16,380 nt of DNA from positions 1-16,380 of the forward strand of contig JAZDJU010000110.1 in NCBI GenBank assembly GCA_043803685.1, in the 5' to 3' direction. The notes below the pieces were generated by a model that did not search any database, was not told the DNA's origin, and worked only from the letters and a program-made list of their open reading frames with translations. Source of the stretch: Candidatus Omnitrophota bacterium. Its GTDB lineage: Bacteria; Omnitrophota; Omnitrophia; Omnitrophales; Aquincolibacteriaceae. Numbering within the stretch: the stretch's first letter is position 1; every line of letters starts with the position of its first letter. The position numbers and the translations under genes were made by a program. Shown piece by piece: positions 7,009-14,855 of the stretch.

Positions 7009-7796
7009 AGAGGATCACTTGGATTTTTTTTAAGAATGATCAGCGTATTTTCATCGTGCCACGAAATGCGATCCACGTCGTGAAAGCGTTTTTGAAGCCT
7101 GTCAATAAATGTTATGAGGGATCGTTTGAATTCCGTCTCCGTATATAAATTGAACGTTGAATAGTGTTTCCCCTGCGCCTGCTCTTTCAATCTATTGATG
7201 TTTTCGACGCGTGGGAAGCGAAAGTATTCGATATGCTCAACGAGTAGCCCCGGTGCTTTTTTCATGGTGGACTGGAATAAGCTAAGCGTGAACAGGCGTG
7301 TCTCTTTTTTTTGGAACAAGGGGAAATATTTCCCCCAGATATTTCTAGAATTCTGATTTTTAAAGCGCGTGTATATAAATATTCGACCGTGATTTCTCAA
7401 ACAGCGTGAGCATTCGTCCAGGAATTGAGGCAGCTGAAAATGATGGATAGCATTAAAAATGAACAGGGCATCGATAGAATTCGACTCGAAGGGCAAGTGT
7501 TCCGCGGATGCTTGTATTATTTTAAAGTTTTTAAAACCGCCCTTTTTTAAATTTTTGCTCAGCAGGGAGAGCATGGCTTTATTTTTATCGACGCTATAAA
7601 AGAAAGAATATCCTTGTATACTTTGGAGCAACCTTGCTGTATATCTCCCGTCGCCGCAGCCGATTTCGGCTATAATTGACACGGGACGCGTTTTTAACCA
7701 CGATTCGATGAATGCGATCGGAGCGTTATCCGTTGTGCGCAGATGAGTGTAACGATTCGCAATTCGTGAAAAGTGGCGTTGGACGTCTTTGATCAT
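7005..7796 (-). CDS. Class I SAM-dependent methyltransferase
   Basis: Motif I IAEIGCGDG, SVDKNKAML, ASAEHLPFESNSIDA, AIHHF, RCLRNHGRIFI. Confidence 0.92.
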   Translation of the reverse strand: MIKDVQRHFSRIANRYTHLRTTDNAPIAFIESWLKTRPVSIIAEIGCGDGRYTARLLQSIQGYSFFYSVDKNKAMLSLLSKNLKKGGFKNFKIIQASAEHLPFESNSIDALFIFNAIHHFQLPQFLDECSRCLRNHGRIFIYTRFKNQNSRNIWGKYFPLFQKKETRLFTLSLFQSTMKKAPGLLVEHIEYFRFPRVENINRLKEQAQGKHYSTFNLYTETEFKRSLITFIDRLQKRFHDVDRISWHDENTLIILKKNPSDPL

Positions 7797-7804
7797 ACAG
7801 TCTG

Positions 7805-8461
7805 TTAGATGCGCCCCACTGTTCCGTCTGGCTGGAACTCAGAAATTTTTCCGACGCACCGCTCTATGTGATTACCGATCCAAATAACGCCGGAATTTTC
7901 AGGAATTGCCAGAATCGGACTACGTAATGAAGCGGCGAGAGATGCCGCATGTTCTTTCATCGAATCCTGGTAATGGCAGAGCACGGACATTCCTCCAAGC
8001 ATATTCAACCCGTTGTGGTGCGTGCTGCCTCGATGGTTTTCGTCTTCGACGGTGCGTATATCTTTCCCGAGCACTATCGCTCCCGCACTTCCGCCGTATA
8101 TACTTCCGCCTCCCTGCACATACTCCGCGAGACGCTCTCTCATTCCCGCTTCAGTTACATAATCCAAGAGATGGTATGTATTTCCGCCCCCGATATATAC
8201 GGCATCAAATTTGTCGAGTGATGTTACCCGTATATTCTCCAGAGCTGTTTCAAAATCGATTTCTTTTCCTTCCGAATGTCTCGCGACCAGGGCGGAGAAC
8301 CAATCGATACAAGCTTCGTATCCTATCGACTCACGGCGCAAAGCGATGGGAATATATAGAAGACTTGCCTGACGGGGAAGTTCGAAAAAAAATTGCTCAT
8401 CGAAATCGAAGCTTGTATCCGCGTCGCCTCCCCCTCCGAGGAAGAGTTTTCCATTCTTCAT
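7805..8461 (-). CDS. Peptidase E-like protein (peptidase S51, class I glutamine amidotransferase-like fold)
   Basis: LFLGGGG, YIPIA, DAVYIGGGNT, nucleophile YGGSAGA, LCHY and AIPE motifs; the catalytic Ser, His and Glu positions appear intact. Confidence 0.9.
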   Translation of the reverse strand: MKNGKLFLGGGGDADTSFDFDEQFFFELPRQASLLYIPIALRRESIGYEACIDWFSALVARHSEGKEIDFETALENIRVTSLDKFDAVYIGGGNTYHLLDYVTEAGMRERLAEYVQGGGSIYGGSAGAIVLGKDIRTVEDENHRGSTHHNGLNMLGGMSVLCHYQDSMKEHAASLAASLRSPILAIPENSGVIWIGNHIERCVGKISEFQPDGTVGRI

Positions 8462-9633
8462 AGAAAATTTTGAAGAGTTCTTTGAATAATGTCCGCCTGA
8501 TCGGGTCTTGAGCGTTCAAGTTGCAGAATGAACGCGGACCTGTTTTGGTTTACGTTCAAATAGATGTCAGGCCCACCGAGTTTCTTGAATTCACCCAGAA
8601 AAGCGACATTGTGAGCTCTCTCAATTTCTTTACGCACGATTTCCAGCAAGGATGCCTTATCTAACGTCGATTCGGCGCTCCATCTTGTCCAGTAATCGTC
8701 TGCTATGGAAACAAGTTTTTCGATGTCGAGCCTCATTGATCTGCTCCGTGAAAAAAATCTTGTCATGCATTGGCGTAATCGATATCCGGGATCTTTGTGC
8801 GAGGGGACGACCCCTTCGCGTGCCATCAATACGCCCGTCCTGACTGCATCAATGACGCCTGAGATATCGTTTCGGTCATGATCAGGGGTGTAAAATTGAT
8901 CAAAATCTTGATAATAGTGGCAATGTTTTCCAGTACCCCAACTGAAACGCTCCATACCAAAACAGCCGTCCGCGATGGCGATTTTGGACCCGTCATCCAA
9001 CGGATAGTCCGGCACGTAGACGCATTCCGAGACTTCGACTTCTCGGGCATAGAGTGTGATTGTATTTTTTGTAACTTTTTTCTTTCCCCATCGGTCAGCA
9101 GATTCGCTGATTGTCACTCGGATGTCTCGTAAAGGAACGCCTTGATTAATGAGGAGAGCTAAGAGCAGTTTGTATATTTTGAAGAAATCTTCCATTTTGG
9201 CGTTCACGTGCTCAATCGAAACGTCGACGAACGAGGTTGAGAATCCTTCTTTTACGGCATCCATATATTGACTGCGAATAACAGGTTGCGCGACGAGGAA
9301 TTTTTTCCCCACGATCTCCGCACGCTCCCGTAACATGCTTTCGACGCGCTGTACACCAGCCGTCGTAAAAACGGTCGATTCTCCAGGCGGCCTAAGCACC
9401 GGCTCTGGCTTCAGTCGCTCATATCCTTCGAAAAATCGTTCAACGTCTTCGGATTCGTTCAAATTTAAAACTTGTTCGGATTTATTTTTTATTTCATCGT
9501 CAATTACAGTCTCGTCAATTCGGTAGCGTTGTCTCAAGCTATCTTCCGTTTCGAGGATAAGATGAAACTGGTCGATAAAATCATCAATCTTTGATCGGAT
9601 CTTTTCATCGCCTCCTGACGTGTAGCGTTCCAT
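8458..9633 (-). CDS. Alanyl-tRNA synthetase-related protein (catalytic and helical domains only)
   Basis: STVFTTAGVQ (cf. LLFTNAGM), AQPVIR (cf. QxCxR, motif 2), DGCFGMER (cf. DTGMGLER, motif 3), IDAVRT..EGVVPSHKDPGYRLR (cf. ADHxR..DGVxPSNxGRGYVLR). At 391 aa it has no editing or C-Ala domain. Confidence 0.85.
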   Translation of the reverse strand: MERYTSGGDEKIRSKIDDFIDQFHLILETEDSLRQRYRIDETVIDDEIKNKSEQVLNLNESEDVERFFEGYERLKPEPVLRPPGESTVFTTAGVQRVESMLRERAEIVGKKFLVAQPVIRSQYMDAVKEGFSTSFVDVSIEHVNAKMEDFFKIYKLLLALLINQGVPLRDIRVTISESADRWGKKKVTKNTITLYAREVEVSECVYVPDYPLDDGSKIAIADGCFGMERFSWGTGKHCHYYQDFDQFYTPDHDRNDISGVIDAVRTGVLMAREGVVPSHKDPGYRLRQCMTRFFSRSRSMRLDIEKLVSIADDYWTRWSAESTLDKASLLEIVRKEIERAHNVAFLGEFKKLGGPDIYLNVNQNRSAFILQLERSRPDQADIIQRTLQNFL

Positions 9634-9638
9634 CGTCG

Positions 9639-10859
9639 TTAGCAGAGTTGAACGACCCCGCTGATAATTTTTTTCGAAAGCGCTGGTATCTGTTGAACCT
9701 CATTCTGTAGAAAGGTCTTGAGAGATTCGCTTTCGGTGAATTCTTTTGGGATATTGATTGCCAGGATCCATGGATCGACCAGCGGCTTATCGCTCTGGCT
9801 GACGAGATACACTTCGTTCTGAATACCGAATTTTTCATGAACGCGCCTTGCCAATTCGAAGGCGGCCACGTAATAGATTTTTCCGATATGGTATATGGGA
9901 TTCTTTCCGCAGGATCCTTCCATGCTCATAGGCCGCGTTGGTGTAATGAGTCCGTTGATTCGATTTCCTCTCCCGACCAATCCCTCGTCACCACTTTCGA
10001 TTGACGAACCGGTTGCGGTGAGATAGAAATCACCCCTTTGTTCATCATCTCTTGTATTAATGCTTAATTCGAAATCAGCTATTCCGAATCGATACATAAT
10101 GTCTTCAACGTAAGCTTTTGCAGCTTTGATATTTTTTGCATATTCGGAATAATTTTGTACATATGTCGCGATTTGAGGAATGCACATGGTAAAAAAGAAC
10201 TTATTTTTATTCCGGCATGCCATGATTTTAATGTCGCTACCCAACCAAGGGTCTGCTATTTTTCGCTCAGGAGAATTTAAGAATTGTTCGATCGCGAGCG
10301 TCGCCTGCTCCAGTATCGTCATGGGTGCGTAACCGACTCCGAGTGATGTATCATTGGCAGTTAATTGTTTTACTTCGGGCAAATCATCGACAGTTTCCGG
10401 CTCAAACCATTTTTGGCGAGCCCCACCAACCGCTTCTTTTTCATAGGTCTTCCCCGGGCTACTTTGAACACTTAAGTTGAAATGAAATTCCAAATTTGTA
10501 TCTGGGTCAACAAAGGGAAGCTTCTCGATAAAAAACTCCTTTGTCCAAGAAGTAAGAAGTTCTTTGATGGGGATGGTTTCTTGGGCGAACTTCGTCGATG
10601 CTCGGCCGTTTATTAAAACGCGGATTGGATTCAGTACGCGCCCTTCTCCGAATTTGACGCGCGAAGAACCCCCAAGAAGCCCTAATTTGTCAAAATTATG
10701 GTGCAAGACCACACCGAATTTTTTCATGCAGTAATTTGAGAAGTTTGCAGAAAATTTCTCAGCGAGGGCATCTGCTAGCGTATCTGGATGGCCAGTTCCT
10801 TTTCTTTCGATGATTTCAAAATCCTGATTAAAATCTTTGCGTGAGAGGAGTGTATGCAT
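9639..10859 (-). CDS. mat: S-adenosylmethionine synthetase, archaeal type
   Basis: EIIERKGTGHPDTLADALAE, HHNFDK, ANDTSLGVGYAP, GSDIKIM, YLTATGSSIESGDEGLVGRGNRINGLITPTRPMSMEGSCGKNPIYHIGKIY. ATG at 10859 chosen because the TTG at 10895 is the -35 box. Confidence 0.95.
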   Translation of the reverse strand: MHTLLSRKDFNQDFEIIERKGTGHPDTLADALAEKFSANFSNYCMKKFGVVLHHNFDKLGLLGGSSRVKFGEGRVLNPIRVLINGRASTKFAQETIPIKELLTSWTKEFFIEKLPFVDPDTNLEFHFNLSVQSSPGKTYEKEAVGGARQKWFEPETVDDLPEVKQLTANDTSLGVGYAPMTILEQATLAIEQFLNSPERKIADPWLGSDIKIMACRNKNKFFFTMCIPQIATYVQNYSEYAKNIKAAKAYVEDIMYRFGIADFELSINTRDDEQRGDFYLTATGSSIESGDEGLVGRGNRINGLITPTRPMSMEGSCGKNPIYHIGKIYYVAAFELARRVHEKFGIQNEVYLVSQSDKPLVDPWILAINIPKEFTESESLKTFLQNEVQQIPALSKKIISGVVQLC

Positions 10860-10866
10860 GCGCGTT

Positions 10867-10895
10867 ATTGTATTTGACGATGATGAAAAATGCAA
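10867..10895 (-). promoter_or_regulatory. Putative sigma70 promoter giving a leaderless operon transcript
   Basis: TTGCAT (10895-10890), 17 bp, TACAAT (10872-10867), then 7 nt to ATG 10859. No Shine-Dalgarno sequence. Confidence 0.65.
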
Positions 10896-11012
10896 TATTT
10901 TTGGTTATTTTTTGAAATTTCGTTCACCCCAAAGATAGGGGCTTGATCGCTGCTTTTACGAATCGCTCATGTATTCAGCTTCCGGCCAAAAGGATGGAAA
11001 ACTAATCCATGA

Positions 11013-11035
11013 CAAAACCGTCCTTTCGGACGGTT
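11013..11035 (-). terminator. Terminator hairpin just beyond att-like repeat 2
   Basis: The minus strand reads AACCGTCC-GAAA-GGACGGTT-TTG. Confidence 0.65.
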
Positions 11036-11042
11036 CCTTTAT

Positions 11043-11123
11043 TACCGCACAAACCTCGAACGCCTTTGGACATGTGGGTTGCACGATACTAAATTGTCAT
11101 GGCGGGGAAAGTGGGACTCGAAC
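11043..11123 (-). repeat. att-like repeat copy 2: diverged tRNA 3' fragment plus conserved trailer
   Basis: Ungapped match to copies 1 and 3. 35 bp are identical to copy 1 (CATGTGGGTTGCACGATACTAAATTGTCATGGCGG). The tRNA part GGCGGGGAAAGTGGGACTCGAACC has 5 mismatches to tRNA-Ser(GCT). Confidence 0.88.
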
Positions 11124-11191
11124 CACGCGGGTCGCCTCTCGTGCATATATTGGGGTTTTTGAAGGAAAATTTCAATTTTTCACTTCTCGTC

Positions 11192-11220
11192 TTGACTAGC
11201 TTGTTTATATCTCATATAAT
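11192..11220 (+). promoter_or_regulatory. Near-consensus sigma70 promoter of the Fic operon
   Basis: TTGACT (11192-11197), 17 bp, TATAAT (11215-11220), 16 nt before the ATG. Confidence 0.8.
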
Positions 11221-11236
11221 CTCCTATACATAGTAT

Positions 11237-12301
11237 ATGAGATTAAGCATCTACCACCGTGATCCACGAATCAAATATATCCCCCAAAATCTCTGGTCTC
11301 TCATCAATCACATTGATGAACTGAAGGGTCGTTGGATTGGAGGCGCGTCTCTCAATCCGCAAGCATTAAAGCGATTGAAGCGTTCCGTGCTGATCACATC
11401 TACAGGAGCGTCGACGCGCGTCGAAGGAGCAAGACTTTCGGATGAGGATGTTGAGAAACTCATGCGCGGCCTTTCTGTTAAAAAATTCGCTGATCGTGAC
11501 CAGCAGGAAGTGAAAGGATATTATGAATTGTTGGATAACATTTTTTATGGATGGAAACAAACTCCTTTCAACGAAAGCGCGATCAAGCATCTCCACAAAG
11601 AATTGTTGAAATACGTTTCCAAGGATGAGCGTCATCGTGGCGAATACAAGAAGACGGAAAATTCTGTCGAGATGTACGACGAATCAGGAAAATCTATAGG
11701 CGTCGTCTTCGAGACGACTCCTGCATATCTCGTGCCAAAACAGATGCAAGAGCTTGTCGCATGGACAGAGGGAGCGCTCGCGCAAAAAGAATTCCATCCG
11801 TTGCTCGTCATCGGAAATTTTCTTGTGGAGTTTCTTGCCATTCATCCGTTCCAAGATGGAAATGGGCGTCTTTCGCGCATCCTTGCAAATCTCCTCATGT
11901 TGAAGGCTGGATATGAATATGTACCGTACGTCTCACATGAAAAATTGATTGAAGACAACAAAGCCAATTATTATCTAAAGCTCCGAAAAAGTCAGAAGAA
12001 GCTGAACACCAATTGTGAAGATATCACGGATTGGCTTGAGTTTTTTCTGACGGTTTCGCTTGAGCAAGCTAAACAGGCAATCGAGCTTTTATCTAAGGAG
12101 AACATTGAAAGGCTGTTGTCTCCAAAGCAGCTCCTCGTGTGGCAATACCTTCTATCCATTCCCGAAGCGACTCCTGGCGACATCACAAAGGCAACAGGGG
12201 TAGCACGACCAACGGTTTCACAGGCGTTGGATGTTTTGATGCGCCTGAAAAAAGTTGAACGCATCGGACAGGGACGAACGACGAGATATCGGAAAAAATG
12301 A
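11237..12301 (+). CDS. Fic family protein with C-terminal winged HTH
   Basis: Canonical Fic motif HPFQDGNGRLSR. N-terminal inhibitory (S/T)xxxE(G/N) motif STRVEG. C-terminal TPGDITKATGVARPTVSQALDVL..VERIGQGRTTRY wHTH. Confidence 0.95.
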   Translation: MRLSIYHRDPRIKYIPQNLWSLINHIDELKGRWIGGASLNPQALKRLKRSVLITSTGASTRVEGARLSDEDVEKLMRGLSVKKFADRDQQEVKGYYELLDNIFYGWKQTPFNESAIKHLHKELLKYVSKDERHRGEYKKTENSVEMYDESGKSIGVVFETTPAYLVPKQMQELVAWTEGALAQKEFHPLLVIGNFLVEFLAIHPFQDGNGRLSRILANLLMLKAGYEYVPYVSHEKLIEDNKANYYLKLRKSQKKLNTNCEDITDWLEFFLTVSLEQAKQAIELLSKENIERLLSPKQLLVWQYLLSIPEATPGDITKATGVARPTVSQALDVLMRLKKVERIGQGRTTRYRKK

Positions 12302-12310
12302 TCAGCGCAT

Positions 12311-12568
12311 ATGGGCAAACCCATTAAGGCGATTCATGCTCTGAATTGGTATTACGGCAATATCTGTTCTCGTAAGTGTCCGGAAAATCGACAAAAGGAA
12401 CATTACGACCGGATGCGTGAAATCATTCGTGGTCATGAAGAGTATCTCATTACGCATAAGATGTTCGTCAAAGTCATGCACGAAAGACATCACGTTTGCA
12501 GGCTCACGGATGAGGAGCTGCGAAAGCCAACCCGTGACTTCTGGAAGTTAGACCGCATGTCCCTATGA
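12311..12568 (+). CDS. Hypothetical protein (85 aa)
   Basis: Fills the gap between fic (9 nt after its stop) and the helicase gene (ATGA overlap). No recognised family. Confidence 0.6.
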   Translation: MGKPIKAIHALNWYYGNICSRKCPENRQKEHYDRMREIIRGHEEYLITHKMFVKVMHERHHVCRLTDEELRKPTRDFWKLDRMSL

Positions 12569-14724
12569 TTTCCGTTACTGAAGAACAGCTTGTTTTATTT
12601 TCCTCTTTATTCCATGGTCGAGAGGATATTTTTGCACGTCGCTGGGAGAAGAACGGGAAAATTGGCTACGCTCCAGCGTATGATGTTGATTGGACGGCGT
12701 TCAACGAACATAAACGACATGGCGGGACATGGCTTAACTTCAAGGAAAAGGTTCCGATCCCACTGACTCCCGACGTCATCAAAAAGCATTTTCTCGGAGG
12801 CCAAACGATCGGCATCTATCCATCACTTGAAGACAATACGTCGTGGTTTATCGCTGCGGATTTCGACGGAGAGCGATGGTGGAATGATTGCCAACAGTTC
12901 ATCCACGTCTGTTCGGAGTATGACATTCCGGTCTCCATCGAACGCTCACGCTCCGGTAATGGCTGCCACATCTGGCTTTTTTTTGAAGTGCCGTATCCCG
13001 CATTCAAGAGCCGTCGTATTTTTCTTGAACTTATCCGTCAGGCGTTTCATCTTTCGGAATTCGATAAAGAAGTGAGTTTCGACCGTCTATTCCCAAATCA
13101 AGACGAGCTGAGCGGCAAGAGCTTCGGCAATCTGATTGCATTGCCGTTTCAAGGAAGGCTAACAGATCAAGGAAAAACAGTTTTTATCCATCCTGAAACT
13201 GGAGATCCGTATCCAAACCAGTGGCAGCATCTCCTTGGAATAAAACGTCTGGCGACAATCGAGCTTGATACTTTATACGATCGGCTCGTCCAAGCTGGCA
13301 CTGTCGTTTCGATGAACGGCACAGCGTCAGAGGCACCAGGAGGCATTACGATCACGCTCGCGTCTTCGATCGAATTGTCACGCCGTGAGCTGGATACTGA
13401 GACGGTCAAATTTCTGAAAGAGGAATTGAATTTCATGAATGCCGAATATCTGCAAAAAAAGCGCTTCGGCAAAAGCACCTACCAAACGGAAAAATATTTC
13501 AAGCTGATTGAAGAGCAGGGCGACATCCTGAGACTGCCGCGAGGCTTCCTGGAATCTCTAAAACAGCACTTTGACCAACGCGGGATGCGCTATCATCTAT
13601 CGGATAGACGGACAGCCGTGGAACCGGTTCAGTTCAATAGCGCGATCGAGCTTCGCACTGAACAGAAAGGCTTGGTCGAGAAAGCGCTCCTTCATGATGA
13701 AGGGACGATCGTTGCGCCGCCCGGAAGCGGGAAAACGATCGTTGCCCTTGAGCTTATCGCGCGACGCGAACTCCCTGCTTTCATTTTAGTTCATCGTCGG
13801 CAACTCATGAGTCAATGGATCGAACGCATTCAAGCGTTCCTACAAATCCCAAAGACAAAAATTGGAAGAATCGACGGCGTAAAGAAAAAGTTCGGCAAAG
13901 AGATTACGGTTGCCATGCTTCAGAGTTTCGCGGGTATGGAAAATCACAAAGACGAAATGGCAAAGATCGGAACTGTCGTTATGGATGAGTGCCATCATGT
14001 CCCGGCCAAGACATTCCGGGAAGTAGTTAAAAATCTAGATGTGAGATACCTGTATGGCCTGACAGCAACACCAACCCGCAAACATCACGATGAAAAAATG
14101 ATCTTTCTATATGTTGGAAATATCATCGCGGAACTAGCGGTAAATCCAGCGATCAATGAAGATTCAACTTCGATGCAGACCCCAGTAAACGTCGTCATCC
14201 GAAAAACAGACCTGGACATTCCATTTAGATTCAAAACCGACAACTATCAGCTTCTTGCCAAAATGTTGAGCTGTGACCATTCACGTAATAAGGTTATTGT
14301 TGGTGATATCCTCGTTCAGGCCAAGCAGAGCCGTAAAATCTTGGTATTGAGCGAACGCAAGGAACACTTGGAAATACTCAATCTCTATCTCCGCAAGGAA
14401 GCAGAGACGATCACGATTACTGGCGACGATTCTGAGTCGAACCGGAAGCAAAAATTGAAACAGATTGAAACCGGCCATTACCAAGTCATTCTTTCAACCG
14501 GCCAGTTCTTCGGTGAGGGCTTGGACATCAAAGGGATCGATTGCCTCGTGATCGCGTTTCCATTTTCCTTTGATGGAAAGCTAGCGCAATACGTAGGACG
14601 TCTGCGTGGTGTAGACAAACTCGTTCTGGACTATCGCGATTATCTCACGCCATTTTTGGATCGGCAGTTCAAACAACGAATGAGGTTTTACAAGAAACAA
14701 GGATATGAGATTAAAGAAACCTAA
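12565..14724 (+). CDS. AEP primase-like (TOTE-type) domain fused to an SF2 DEAD/DEAH-box helicase (ResIII-like)
   Basis: N-terminal FHGREDIFARRW, AADFD, ERSRSGNGCHIW, FDRLFPNQD, GNLIALP. Helicase motifs APPGSGKT, DECHH, GLTATP, GEGLD, QYVGRLRG. Confidence 0.88.
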   Translation: MISVTEEQLVLFSSLFHGREDIFARRWEKNGKIGYAPAYDVDWTAFNEHKRHGGTWLNFKEKVPIPLTPDVIKKHFLGGQTIGIYPSLEDNTSWFIAADFDGERWWNDCQQFIHVCSEYDIPVSIERSRSGNGCHIWLFFEVPYPAFKSRRIFLELIRQAFHLSEFDKEVSFDRLFPNQDELSGKSFGNLIALPFQGRLTDQGKTVFIHPETGDPYPNQWQHLLGIKRLATIELDTLYDRLVQAGTVVSMNGTASEAPGGITITLASSIELSRRELDTETVKFLKEELNFMNAEYLQKKRFGKSTYQTEKYFKLIEEQGDILRLPRGFLESLKQHFDQRGMRYHLSDRRTAVEPVQFNSAIELRTEQKGLVEKALLHDEGTIVAPPGSGKTIVALELIARRELPAFILVHRRQLMSQWIERIQAFLQIPKTKIGRIDGVKKKFGKEITVAMLQSFAGMENHKDEMAKIGTVVMDECHHVPAKTFREVVKNLDVRYLYGLTATPTRKHHDEKMIFLYVGNIIAELAVNPAINEDSTSMQTPVNVVIRKTDLDIPFRFKTDNYQLLAKMLSCDHSRNKVIVGDILVQAKQSRKILVLSERKEHLEILNLYLRKEAETITITGDDSESNRKQKLKQIETGHYQVILSTGQFFGEGLDIKGIDCLVIAFPFSFDGKLAQYVGRLRGVDKLVLDYRDYLTPFLDRQFKQRMRFYKKQGYEIKET

Positions 14725-14735
14725 GCAGATTTACA

Positions 14736-14761
14736 CAAAACGACCATTTCGGGTCGTTTTG
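14736..14761. terminator. Bidirectional terminator between the helicase gene and tRNA-Ser(GCT)
   Basis: CAAAACGACC-ATTTCG-GGTCGTTTTG, a perfect 10-bp stem with T-tracts on both strands, between convergent genes. Confidence 0.8.
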
Positions 14762-14774
14762 TTGGTCACAATCA

Positions 14775-14855
14775 TACCGCACAAATCTCGCACGCTTTGA
14801 GGCATGTGGGTCTGCCGATACGAAATTGTCATGGCGGAGAGGGAGGGATTCGAAC
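14775..14855 (-). repeat. att-like repeat copy 3 (overlaps the 3' end of the intact tRNA-Ser(GCT))
   Basis: TACCGCACAAATCTCGCACGCTTTGAGGCATGTGGG...AAATTGTCATGGCGGAGAGGGAGGGATTCGAAC aligns without gaps to copies 1 and 2. Confidence 0.9.

Larger units (their letters stand above)
5356..11042. mobile_element. tRNA-anchored cargo cassette B (genomic islet, no integrase inside)
   Basis: Bounded by att-like direct repeats 1 and 2. It contains only the five-gene minus-strand operon and looks more AT-rich than the flanking genes. Confidence 0.7.
11124..14774. mobile_element. tRNA-anchored cargo cassette A (genomic islet, no integrase inside)
   Basis: Bounded by att-like repeat 2 and the tRNA-Ser(GCT) 3' end (repeat 3). 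It contains the Fic, small ORF and AEP-helicase genes. Confidence 0.7.

Noticed and set aside
5632..9633. Calling these genes housekeeping gltX and alaS
   Set aside because: The catalytic signatures are degenerate (GluRS-like) or the editing and C-terminal domains are absent (AlaRS-like), and both sit in a cassette, so gene symbols were withheld.
6087..14484. Short antisense or alternate-frame ORFs inside cassette genes (including 7906-8463 +, 185 aa)
   Set aside because: They are fully overlapped by longer ORFs with clear family motifs and have no independent evidence.
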